A DNA stretch of 64,000 bases from a virus. Lineage: Duplodnaviria; Caudoviricetes. How positions within the stretch are numbered: the first letter of the stretch is position 1; every line of letters starts with the position of its first letter. The notes under the pieces were generated by a model. It was not told the origin of the DNA and ran no database searches. It worked only from the letters and a program-made list of their open reading frames with translations. Shown piece after piece: positions 37,098-46,070 of the stretch. Where the stretch lies: IMG/VR virus record IMGVR_UViG_3300044620_001883, positions 1-64,000 of that record. One strand, given 5' to 3'. A program made the translations under genes and the position numbers.

Positions 37098-38382
37098 CCA
37101 AGTACGATTTCGCAGCGGGGCCAGCACTGGTGTCCCCGAGGATGTCATGAACTTCGCGCAGGCCTTGGCGGTCAAGCATGGTGCGGTGCTGATCAGCCGG
37201 GAAAAGAACGGGCTGCATTTGAACCTTGCCTGTCCAGCCTGTTTGGAAGTTGAGGGGGATCAGGAGTTGCGCAAACGGCACCTGGCCGTCAATGCAGACA
37301 AGTTCTGCGCAACAGGACGTTGGGAAGGTGCCACAGATCACCTGCGGGACTCCGTAGGGTTGTGCATGAAGTGTGGCACCAAGTACAAGGCCACACAGCT
37401 CATGACCTTTGCGCCACTGGCCGCGCGCGGGATCAAGGAATCCAAGATCGGTTCCGTGTCTTTTGCGGACAACACACAGTGGCTGGTACGCGACGCCCTG
37501 GACAACATTGTTCCCGGTGGTCCGGGCAATGGTCCTCCCGGATCTCGAGGTAATCACGGGGATCCGCGGGATGTCATTCCGATCAACCAGCTGTCTGCTG
37601 ATCATCCCGCCGTCCAGTATTTGCTGGAGCGTGACTATGATTTGCAGAGTTTGTGGGAACAGTTCCGTTGCAGCTACTGTGTGCGAGAATGGGCGCAGGA
37701 TCCCGCGACCAAGCGTTACTACCGCAAACTCTGCGAGGGTTTCCGAGATTCGCCGCAGGGTCGTATTATCTTCTTCGCCGACATTGAGGGGGTGCAAAAA
37801 ACCTGGCAGGCGCGCATCATTGAACGGGTCGCGGAGCATGGTGGTACACGTTTCAAGTATTTCTGGAATGGGGACACAAACACTTGGTTCTGCATGGAGT
37901 CCTACGACGTCGCCAAGAAGAAGTTTATCCCGCCTCCTCAGTACGCGGAACGCTGGTCGCCCAGCAAGTACCGCACAGCTAACGGCACGGCACGGAATGA
38001 GATCCTGATGGGGCTCGATGCGGCTATCGCCTGGAATGCCTGCCATCGTCCTGGTCAGCTGCCAATCGCCTTCACGTCAGAGGGACCGTTGGACGCTGGA
38101 AGGTTGAGGGCGCCGGCCGTGGCGCAGATCGGCAAGTTCCTGTCGGATGATCAGATCGCGCTTCTTGCTCGTCACTTCGCGGTGGTCATTCAGGTGCCCG
38201 ACAATGACGCGGCCGGGCAGAAGGACCTGGAACTTAGCTCACGACGGCTGGCCTCCAAGGTGTTGACCGATGTCTGGCATTTGCCGCAGCAGCTTCCAGA
38301 CGGCAAAGCTGCAAAAGACATTGGGGACTTCCCGCAGGCCTGGGTGGACGAACAAAGGCAAACGTGGTTGAACAGCTACTGA
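37087..38382 (+). CDS. DnaG-type (TOPRIM) primase
   Basis: N-terminal CPAC...CMKC zinc-binding region; TSEGPLDA, VPDNDAAG, KDIGD. Confidence 0.8.
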   Translation: MDPDQVRFRSGASTGVPEDVMNFAQALAVKHGAVLISREKNGLHLNLACPACLEVEGDQELRKRHLAVNADKFCATGRWEGATDHLRDSVGLCMKCGTKYKATQLMTFAPLAARGIKESKIGSVSFADNTQWLVRDALDNIVPGGPGNGPPGSRGNHGDPRDVIPINQLSADHPAVQYLLERDYDLQSLWEQFRCSYCVREWAQDPATKRYYRKLCEGFRDSPQGRIIFFADIEGVQKTWQARIIERVAEHGGTRFKYFWNGDTNTWFCMESYDVAKKKFIPPPQYAERWSPSKYRTANGTARNEILMGLDAAIAWNACHRPGQLPIAFTSEGPLDAGRLRAPAVAQIGKFLSDDQIALLARHFAVVIQVPDNDAAGQKDLELSSRRLASKVLTDVWHLPQQLPDGKAAKDIGDFPQAWVDEQRQTWLNSY

Positions 38383-38385
38383 CCC

Positions 38386-39942
38386 ATGGATATCACGCAC
38401 ATCACACAAATGTCCCCTTCGACAGAACGGGCCTGGAATGAGGTTAAGACACACACGACGCGCACGCCTGCCGTGACGGGTCGTTTTGACGCGCTGCTAG
38501 GCAATGTTTTCAAACTGCGGGATGCGGGTGACGACGGTATTTTCACGAGCAGCTTGCTTATGAAACAGGCAGGCTGGCGGCATGACAACTTGCTGCGGCC
38601 GATCCGGCGATATGTTGCCGCGCACCCTCAGGAAAAGGGTGTGCATTTGTTTCGCTCAGGTCAGCATGTGAACTCGGCGGTGTTTTGGTTGCCGGCGTTG
38701 CAGCGCTTCATCGTATGGCTGCTCAACAGCCTGAAAGGGCATGAGGCAGACCAGCAGCGCAGATGTGCGGGATTCATCGACGTCTACAGCTACATGTCAG
38801 GGCTGCGTAAGACGCGGGAGATCGAGTTCTGCGGACCTCTTATTCGTACAGCCTGGCCGGAATGTGCCAGCCTAGACGCGCTGGCCTGGGAGTACCAACC
38901 CATGTCACAGCTGGTGTTGGACTTCTACCACGACGACTTGAGCCAAACACGCATCGACGTGAGCAAGCTCGCCGCGCGCTGCGGGTATTCCGAGAAGCAC
39001 GTGAGGCGCAAACTGCAGACGTCGCGGGTCGAATATGGGGAGACAGATGACACTGATTTCCTGACTGTGGCGGCAGACGGCACACTCTCACGCAAGACGG
39101 CGGTGTTTCTACTGCTTAGCTTGCCCAAGCTGCTACGTGCCCGGTTGCTGGCGTTCAACGAGCTTTACCGGCGGATTGCACCGGTGCCGGTGCCGTGCCC
39201 CGCAGGTCTGCCTGAGTATATTTCCAAGGTGGACTTTAATGATCCTAAACAGGCGGTGCAGGCTTGTCTGCAGCTGGTCGAACGCACGAGGCAGCAACAG
39301 CAACACCATGTTCAATACAAGGCCGAGACGTTGCAGCGCATTCAGGACATGCAAGGGGCCGCGGATGTTCTGGCGGCGGAGCTGGCCGGCAAGAACGAGG
39401 AGCTGGCGCGGTTGAAGACCAGTCTGGCGCAAGCGACAGCAGCGGGCTCCATCGTGCGAAGTCCTGAAACTGACAGAATGGTTTACCATTCCAGCAAACT
39501 TCGGCAGGACCACGGCTGGTGCACGATCAATGACGTGTTGGCTGCGCTGTTGGACAAATACGATTATGACACCCTGCTCGCCATGGTGCACACAGCAATG
39601 CCCGCCAGCTCGCGTGACGTGAACAAAGTTCTGCGCAATGTGGTGCGGTTCAAGATAGGGCAGAAGAAATTGCGGGCGGACGGCGAGCCTGTGTTGCGTC
39701 CGCAGATCATGATTGAACAGAAAGCATTTGTACGGCGGGTGCACACGTCAAACAGCAGCACCGCAGGTTACCGTGCCAAGCATGGAACAGACCGCGATTG
39801 GCGCTGGCAGGTGTTCTTCACCCCTGTGGGAGCACGCTGGCTGGTCGATGATTTTCCGGCCCATGTGGAAGAATTCCTGGCAGCACGTTGCCCCGAGCAC
39901 ATGGCTGAGTGTGAACTGCCGGGGGAACTGGTCACGACATGA
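38386..39942 (+). CDS. Rha/antirepressor-like multidomain DNA-binding protein
   Basis: TSSLL..AGWRHDNLLRPIR resembles the Rha motif; C-terminal QVFFTPVGARWL resembles ANT/KilA-C. Confidence 0.5.
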   Translation: MDITHITQMSPSTERAWNEVKTHTTRTPAVTGRFDALLGNVFKLRDAGDDGIFTSSLLMKQAGWRHDNLLRPIRRYVAAHPQEKGVHLFRSGQHVNSAVFWLPALQRFIVWLLNSLKGHEADQQRRCAGFIDVYSYMSGLRKTREIEFCGPLIRTAWPECASLDALAWEYQPMSQLVLDFYHDDLSQTRIDVSKLAARCGYSEKHVRRKLQTSRVEYGETDDTDFLTVAADGTLSRKTAVFLLLSLPKLLRARLLAFNELYRRIAPVPVPCPAGLPEYISKVDFNDPKQAVQACLQLVERTRQQQQHHVQYKAETLQRIQDMQGAADVLAAELAGKNEELARLKTSLAQATAAGSIVRSPETDRMVYHSSKLRQDHGWCTINDVLAALLDKYDYDTLLAMVHTAMPASSRDVNKVLRNVVRFKIGQKKLRADGEPVLRPQIMIEQKAFVRRVHTSNSSTAGYRAKHGTDRDWRWQVFFTPVGARWLVDDFPAHVEEFLAARCPEHMAECELPGELVTT

Positions 39943-40205
39943 ACAGGAACGTACAGTGGGTTGGAACATGCGTTCATCTACCTGCACACAGGTTGGAAGC
40001 GTTCGATAATTCCTCTCGCGAGGTTACGTACCGGACGTTCTTGAAGCATGTGGGGTTGTACATTGTGCGTGAGCTCAATGAGCAATTCGGTTTTCATCCG
40101 ACAATCAAGAATGACTGCCACATTCAGTACTACCGCGGCAAATGGTGCGGGCGTCCTGCTATGTGCATGATGCATTCCAGTATTCACCACATCTGGCTGC
40201 TATGA
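39939..40205 (+). CDS. Conserved phage hypothetical protein
   Basis: EVTYRTFLKHV...YYRGKW.G.P...HSSIHHI. Confidence 0.55.
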   Translation: MNRNVQWVGTCVHLPAHRLEAFDNSSREVTYRTFLKHVGLYIVRELNEQFGFHPTIKNDCHIQYYRGKWCGRPAMCMMHSSIHHIWLL

Positions 40206-40444
40206 AGAAAAAGACACCTAGACAAAAGAAGAAGCGCAAGGTGGAGTTCTGTCCCCGCCTCAAACCCTTTCGGTTACCGGAAGGGGAGCGGGGTCCTGTG
40301 GATCCGGTGACGGGCGATTTTGACATGGGATCCTCGTGTCATGGAAACTCAGCTTGCAGCAAGCGCGGTGTGAGTCACAGGATGCACAAGGTGACACCCC
40401 AAATGTGGGTCTGCCTCAATCCCGGCTGCTACGCCAACTGTTGA
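40202..40444 (+). CDS. Small basic Cys-containing protein
   Basis: Coupled ORF upstream of the polymerase. Confidence 0.45.
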   Translation: MKKKTPRQKKKRKVEFCPRLKPFRLPEGERGPVDPVTGDFDMGSSCHGNSACSKRGVSHRMHKVTPQMWVCLNPGCYANC

Positions 40445-40450
40445 TTAACT

Positions 40451-43400
40451 ATGAACGGCATGCTTGAGAAACTCACAGATATGGAGCAAACCGAACAACC
40501 TTACCCGTCGTTTCCAGCGCCGACTCCCGAGCCGGAGGCAGCCACGCCGAAGGTGTGCGCTGAACCTTTTGAAGTGCCGGAGAATTGGAACGTTAGCAGA
40601 CGTCATCAGGATCGAGTTGTGGTGGCCGGCCGAGGGTCCAAACAATCCTCCATCATGTTCCTCTCCAGCAGTGTTCTGGAAGAGGAGGTGCTGGAGGAGG
40701 AGCAGGGTACCTACGGGGCTGTGTTCAAACGCAAACCTGCGTACTTGAAAGGCCCGCACGGCGCGGCTCTAAAGGACATGTGTATGTCCGTGGGTGTAGC
40801 GGTTGACAGTGACGTGTACTACACGGCGGTGTGCAAATGGTTGCTGCCCAAGGAGACACGGCTCAACCCCAAGGCAGGGGACATATCCCCCGGTCTGGCG
40901 TGTCTGCGGCGTGAGCTGACGGAGGTAAAGCCCAAGATTGTGGTGGCTTTCGGCAAGGCCGCCTTCGAGTTCTTGGTGCCGATACGGTTCAAATTTGGCG
41001 ATGCCATCGGGGCCTGGTTCTGGAGCGATGAGTTCCAGTGTCGCGTCATGCCCATGAACCACCAGTACTACGTGGCGGCCAAGCCTGAATGGATGGAGCG
41101 GTTTCGGATGGACATGGCCCAGGTGAAACAGGCCCTCGACGAATCTCGGGGTATCCTGGTCAACAGGATACCGTTGCATTACCGAACTGTCACGAACGCC
41201 GCGGAACTGCGGCAGCTTGTAAAGGACCTGCAACCATACAAGCTGCTATGTCCTGACTGTGAGTGGCACGGCAGGAGCCACGCATCAGGCCAGTTGCGTT
41301 CGCTCCAGATTGGCTGGCTGCCGGGGCATGCGGCGTACATCAGGTTCATGGACGACAAGCTCAACTACGTCTTTGACGTGGACTACCGGGCGGCCGGGGC
41401 GATTCTGGCGGAAGTGTGGGATCAGCCGGACGTGGAGCTGGTCGGACATCACATATCTGCGGATTTACCCTGGCTTGCGGAGTGGTTAGGATTGACCTGG
41501 TGGGGCAAGACAAGACTTGATACTGAGTTCGCGTACCAGTGCTGCAACGAACATGGTGACCGCGGGTTGGAGCGTATGTCCCTCCGGTACACAGATCTTG
41601 GCAGGTATGAGATGGAGCTGGAGTTCTGGAAGAAGGACCACAGGGCGGACGTGGAGGGTGGCTACGGTCTGATCCCGGATGAGATACTGATCCCCTACGC
41701 TCTCCGGGACGTTGACGTCCCGTTGCGTGCTCTGCCTTACATCGAGAAGGACTTAGAGCAGCAGGGCATGCTTGAGTACTACCGGACGATCATGAACCCG
41801 TTTGTGACGGATGTGTTCACGCAGTTCGCCATCACGGGGCTGCCGATGAACATGGAGCTCATGGATGAGATGCGCATGTTGTACGGGTTCGTCTACCAGG
41901 AGATGGAGCGGATCTTCCGCGACAACATCTACGCAGAGGCCTGGTTGCTACTGGCGCGCAATGCGGTGGAGATGCTGCCGAACCTCAAGGGGCTGGAAGA
42001 CGCGGAGCTGCGGCGCACGCTTGCAATATCTGTATCGAGTTCCTGGGGGCCCAGGCTCCGGCAGGTCTACGAGGACGCCATGGCCGACGCAAAGGACGCG
42101 GCGGCGGCACTGCGTGTTTTCTTGCAAGAGTCCATGGGACTGCCGTTGGAATCTCTCTCAAAGGAGGAGGAGCGCTGCATTGTGCAGTCCATTGAGCACG
42201 CCCACGGGGCTGCCGGTTTCAATTTACGCTCCGTGACGGACATGCGGCGTTGGTTGTTTGATGTGAAAGGTTACACACCAGTCAAGAGTACTGCCAACAA
42301 AGCCAAGGGGGTACCGGCCACAGACTGGGCAAAGGTGATGTCCTGGAAGCCGGCAAAACGTGAAGGTCTCGTGCCGGCCGTGGACAAACAAACTTTGCAG
42401 ATCCTCTCGGCCGCCAACCAGGATCCGGTATTGATGGAGTTGCTGGAGCTCAATGCGGTGGGCAATATCCGGAAGGCTTTCCTGAAGGAACCGGAGCGCA
42501 ACGAGGCGGGGGAGATTACGGAGGAGGCCGGACTACACGCGTGGGTGGCACCAGACAAGCGGGTGCATGGGCAAATGTCCATGACGGAGACATCCCGTCC
42601 GCGTGCCTGGAATCCGAACAGCCTCAACTGGCCCTCATATGTCCAGGATCGGATCCTGTCTGGGATGGCGCGCATCCTGGAATATGTTCACGCAGAAGGC
42701 AGACTTCCCGCCATTTTTCAGAAGTACCTGAAACAGAAATTGCCAGCTCTGCGGCACTGCGTGCAAGCTCCGCCTGGTCTGTGTTTTGTGGAGTCCGACT
42801 TCCAGACAGCCGAGGTGCTGGGCCTGGCGTACATTTCGGGTGATGAAAATTTGATCCGGATCATGACGGAACCGGATCAGCAGTTCGCGATCACAACCAA
42901 GGGGGAGAAGGTGCGGGTGGGTTATGCCAGCGACTGTGGTATTGCACCGCGAGCGCAGGAGCAGCGTTTCATCATGAGTGTGTGGGAAGAGGGCAAGTTT
43001 ATACGCAACGTTCAGGAATCTGAGCTGAAGCGAAATCCGGACGGTTCTCTGCGCCATCCCAAAGCGGATCTACACTGGTCCCTGGCGGAGATGTTCCAGG
43101 AACGCCCGCGCGAACTGATGACCAACAAGAAGGACCGAGGAGCCGGAAAAGCTGGCAACTTCAAGACAGCATACGGCTCGACGCCCGGCACACTGGAACG
43201 CAGTATTGAGGCGGACACAGGCTTCAAGCCGGAGCCCGGTACTGGGGAGAAAATCCTGACAGCTTTGGAGAAGCGCCAACCAAAAGCTGTGGCGTTCCTG
43301 AACGCGCAGGAAGACAAGGTTCTGGATCCTGGTTACTTGCGTGCAGCATCAGGTAAACTGCGGCACTTTGTGGCACCCCCGAACGTGTACGGGCTATCTA

Positions 43401-43876
43401 GCAGTTTGACCCGGTCGATCATCTCAGCACAGGCTCGTGAGGCGAGAAACTACTTCATGCAGGAGTCGGTGGCGGCTACAGCTCTTCGGGCTGCGTACTG
43501 GCTGATGCAGTTCAAGCGGCGGTACAACCTCGAGGGTGTGCCTATTACGGTCCTGTACGACAGCGTGGTCACCATGTGCCCCTACCACGAGCGAAAGCTG
43601 TGGGCCAAGGCGCATGAACTGTGCATGTACAGAGCCAACGGGTGGGAGTACCATGGACGCGTTCTGAACTACTCGATCGACACGGAAGTCAATGCCGGGT
43701 GGTCGCTGCCCTACAAGTACGTACCAGGGCAGCGTCATATGGACGCGCTGTTGTCGCGTGACGAGTACGCGCCCACCCCTTCCCATTTACGGGCAGCAGA
43801 AGCATGGTTGGATTCGTCGAATGAGTTCTTCAAGCAGAACCCTCGCGCGAGTCTGAACACGTGCTTGTTCAGCTAG
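40451..43876 (+). CDS. polA: Family A DNA polymerase with N-terminal UDG-like domain and 3'-5' exonuclease
   Basis: UDG-like YYTAVCKW...RELTEVKPKIVVAFGK; exonuclease DCE, GHHISADL, YALRDVD; polymerase TETSR..NPN, SDFQTAE (motif A), R...KAGNFKTAYG (motif B), LYDS (motif C). Confidence 0.9.
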   Translation: MNGMLEKLTDMEQTEQPYPSFPAPTPEPEAATPKVCAEPFEVPENWNVSRRHQDRVVVAGRGSKQSSIMFLSSSVLEEEVLEEEQGTYGAVFKRKPAYLKGPHGAALKDMCMSVGVAVDSDVYYTAVCKWLLPKETRLNPKAGDISPGLACLRRELTEVKPKIVVAFGKAAFEFLVPIRFKFGDAIGAWFWSDEFQCRVMPMNHQYYVAAKPEWMERFRMDMAQVKQALDESRGILVNRIPLHYRTVTNAAELRQLVKDLQPYKLLCPDCEWHGRSHASGQLRSLQIGWLPGHAAYIRFMDDKLNYVFDVDYRAAGAILAEVWDQPDVELVGHHISADLPWLAEWLGLTWWGKTRLDTEFAYQCCNEHGDRGLERMSLRYTDLGRYEMELEFWKKDHRADVEGGYGLIPDEILIPYALRDVDVPLRALPYIEKDLEQQGMLEYYRTIMNPFVTDVFTQFAITGLPMNMELMDEMRMLYGFVYQEMERIFRDNIYAEAWLLLARNAVEMLPNLKGLEDAELRRTLAISVSSSWGPRLRQVYEDAMADAKDAAAALRVFLQESMGLPLESLSKEEERCIVQSIEHAHGAAGFNLRSVTDMRRWLFDVKGYTPVKSTANKAKGVPATDWAKVMSWKPAKREGLVPAVDKQTLQILSAANQDPVLMELLELNAVGNIRKAFLKEPERNEAGEITEEAGLHAWVAPDKRVHGQMSMTETSRPRAWNPNSLNWPSYVQDRILSGMARILEYVHAEGRLPAIFQKYLKQKLPALRHCVQAPPGLCFVESDFQTAEVLGLAYISGDENLIRIMTEPDQQFAITTKGEKVRVGYASDCGIAPRAQEQRFIMSVWEEGKFIRNVQESELKRNPDGSLRHPKADLHWSLAEMFQERPRELMTNKKDRGAGKAGNFKTAYGSTPGTLERSIEADTGFKPEPGTGEKILTALEKRQPKAVAFLNAQEDKVLDPGYLRAASGKLRHFVAPPNVYGLSSSLTRSIISAQAREARNYFMQESVAATALRAAYWLMQFKRRYNLEGVPITVLYDSVVTMCPYHERKLWAKAHELCMYRANGWEYHGRVLNYSIDTEVNAGWSLPYKYVPGQRHMDALLSRDEYAPTPSHLRAAEAWLDSSNEFFKQNPRASLNTCLFS

Positions 43877-44004
43877 ACCAACAGCAGTCTCTGAGGCTGC
43901 TGTAACTGCAGTAAAACTTTCGCACAAATGCGACAAGAAAAATGAGTGTTCAACGCTGCAATGGCTTGCACCTCACGTGATGCGTTTTAGATGATCGTTC
44001 CCTT

Positions 44005-45987
44005 ATGGCAACTCATATCCCAACTAAACAAACCAGCCGCCGACTCACCGGTGGCAGTGCAGCAGAAGAACAGATGGACGCAGGCTTCAGCTCTGTGATC
44101 AGCCTATTCCAACCAGGGGTTGAATGGATTCAACCTGGCGACAAACGTGTGAACTTGCAGGTGCGCTTCAAACCGGCCCACGACCCACAGTTGGATCCGC
44201 AGGACCCAGCGTTCAAGCTCTCGGTAGTTCCCTACCGCACCAACTCAATCGACGCGGAATCCGGTCACCCGTTCTTCAGCGCCTGGTATGTGCCGTATCG
44301 TTCGTATCGTTATCTGGGCAACCAGAAACTCTCGTTCGTGTCTCCTATCACACGTGGGGACAGTTATCCCGAAGCGGATCGCACTTGCCCTGTGGTGATG
44401 CTGCTGCGGTATTGCAAGAAACACGCGGAATACGCGCACCTGCTTGAAGAGCGCCCGCGCACTCCTGACAACAAGTACGGTAAGCCAATCCTCCAATGGC
44501 CCGGCACGAGCATGGCTTACAATGTTGTGGCCGCGCATCGTGATCAGCAAACCCCGAAGGACATGCTGCTCACGATTGATCGCGGCGGGCACTTGAACAT
44601 GGTGGATCAGCTGGATCGTGCGACTCCGCGTGCTGCTCCTCCGGACATGCTTTCCCCTACCGGGGCGCCTCTGAATCCCGCGGACCCGCGCTGGAAGCAG
44701 TTTATGCCGCCTCATCTGGTGGACCCCAAGTGGGAACAGTACATGCTCGGCGATATCACAGATCCCGCTCGTGGATTGTTGGCGACAGTGAAGCAAGTTC
44801 AGTCTGGTAACTCTTCCGCAACGCCATGGTGCCCAGTCTTCTCCACGGAGCCCGGTTGGCCCGCTGGTATCGTGCAGTACCCGCTGACACAGCAACAGCT
44901 TGAGAATCGTTACGATCTTCAGTCTGAAGATGTGATTCGCATCGAGCCCTTTCAGCGTCTTGTTGAGATCTTGATCGCCGACGGTTTCTTGCCGCGTGAT
45001 CTGATTGCTGTTGTCTGTGGTGGTATGTGTGACATCCCTGGAGGTGGTGCGCCCTCTCCGACTTACAAGTCGGCTGTCACGGGTTTTGCACAACCGTCCG
45101 ACGACGACATTCCGATGCAGCACCCCGCGCCAGCCCAGCAGGCTCCGGCCTTCGGAGGTCAACAGGCTCCAGCGCCTGCTTACCAAGCCCCAGCTTTCGG
45201 GGACCAGCAGGCTCCGGCCTTCGGAGGTCAACAGGCTCCAGCGCCTGCTTACCAAGCCCCAGCTTTCGGGGGCCAGCAGGCTCCAGTGCCCGCTTATCAG
45301 GCTCCGGCCTTTGGCGGTCAGCAGGCTCCAGTGCCCGCTTATCAGGCTCCAGCCTTTGGAGGTCAGCAGGCTCCAGCCTTTGGAGGTCAGCAGGCTCCCG
45401 CCTTCGGAGGTCAGCAGGCTCCCGCCTTCGGAGGTCAACAGGCTCCAGCGCCTGCTTATCAGGCTCCGGCCTTCGGAGGTCAACAGGCTCCAGCGCCTGC
45501 TTATCAGGCTCCGGCCTTCGGAGGTCAACAGGCTCCGGCCTTCGGTCAACCGGCAACCAGCCCGTTGGGCCATGAAGCGGACACTCCGTTTACGGCACCG
45601 CCTCCACCACCTCCACCTCCGCCTCCGCCTCCACCTCCGCCGCCTCCACCTCCACCTCCCGCGCCCGCCCAGTTTTTCTGGGTTGCTGAAAATGGTGTAA
45701 GTCGTGCGGAGCCGGTGGCACTGCATGACCTGGGCAAATGCCCACCTGAGGTCCGCGTGTGTAGCGTCGTGGATCCAAGTAAGGGGTGGCAGTCAATTGC
45801 AGACGTGCTCGGCACGGGCGTCTCCGTTGAAACCAACGACAGCAGCGCACTGACCGGACCGGAAATGCAGGAGTGGGCGGAACTCGACGCACAGTCGCGA
45901 AACCGCACCATGGACATGCCTGGTGAGCGGCTCATGCGCTTGGGTGCGCTGCAGCAACGGGCAAGGGCAGCAGGGCAATCCCTGTAA
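44005..45987 (+). CDS. Putative single-stranded DNA-binding protein with low-complexity repeats, poly-Pro and GYF_2-like domain
   Basis: Lies between polA and the recA-like gene; aromatic-rich N-domain (VRFKP, WYVPYRSY); repeats; C-terminal FFWVAENG...VCSV..KGWQSIADV. The SSB call rests on synteny. Confidence 0.5.
   Translation: MATHIPTKQTSRRLTGGSAAEEQMDAGFSSVISLFQPGVEWIQPGDKRVNLQVRFKPAHDPQLDPQDPAFKLSVVPYRTNSIDAESGHPFFSAWYVPYRSYRYLGNQKLSFVSPITRGDSYPEADRTCPVVMLLRYCKKHAEYAHLLEERPRTPDNKYGKPILQWPGTSMAYNVVAAHRDQQTPKDMLLTIDRGGHLNMVDQLDRATPRAAPPDMLSPTGAPLNPADPRWKQFMPPHLVDPKWEQYMLGDITDPARGLLATVKQVQSGNSSATPWCPVFSTEPGWPAGIVQYPLTQQQLENRYDLQSEDVIRIEPFQRLVEILIADGFLPRDLIAVVCGGMCDIPGGGAPSPTYKSAVTGFAQPSDDDIPMQHPAPAQQAPAFGGQQAPAPAYQAPAFGDQQAPAFGGQQAPAPAYQAPAFGGQQAPVPAYQAPAFGGQQAPVPAYQAPAFGGQQAPAFGGQQAPAFGGQQAPAFGGQQAPAPAYQAPAFGGQQAPAPAYQAPAFGGQQAPAFGQPATSPLGHEADTPFTAPPPPPPPPPPPPPPPPPPPPPAPAQFFWVAENGVSRAEPVALHDLGKCPPEVRVCSVVDPSKGWQSIADVLGTGVSVETNDSSALTGPEMQEWAELDAQSRNRTMDMPGERLMRLGALQQRARAAGQSL
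45142..45660 (+). repeat. In-frame coding repeats: 11x APAFG(G/D)QQ plus 6x AP(A/V)PAYQ, then 21 consecutive Pro
   Basis: Counted from the translation; poly-Pro is codons 45598-45660. Confidence 0.95.
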
Positions 45988-45998
45988 GTAGGTAATCC

Positions 45999-46035
45999 AA
46001 ACGTGACGGGGTCCGATCCCCCGTCACGTTTTGTT
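45999..46035 (+). terminator. Intrinsic terminator
   Basis: AAACGTGACGGGG/CCCCGTCACGTTT 13-bp stem followed by TGTT, just after the 45987 stop. Confidence 0.75.
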
Positions 46036-46070
46036 CGTACTAGGAAGACAATCAGCCAGAGAGCAAAAAC

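Noticed and set aside
45142-45546. Tandem DNA repeats as a CRISPR or guide array
   Set aside because: Units are 21 or 24 nt, in frame, lack unique spacers and encode a coherent peptide repeat.
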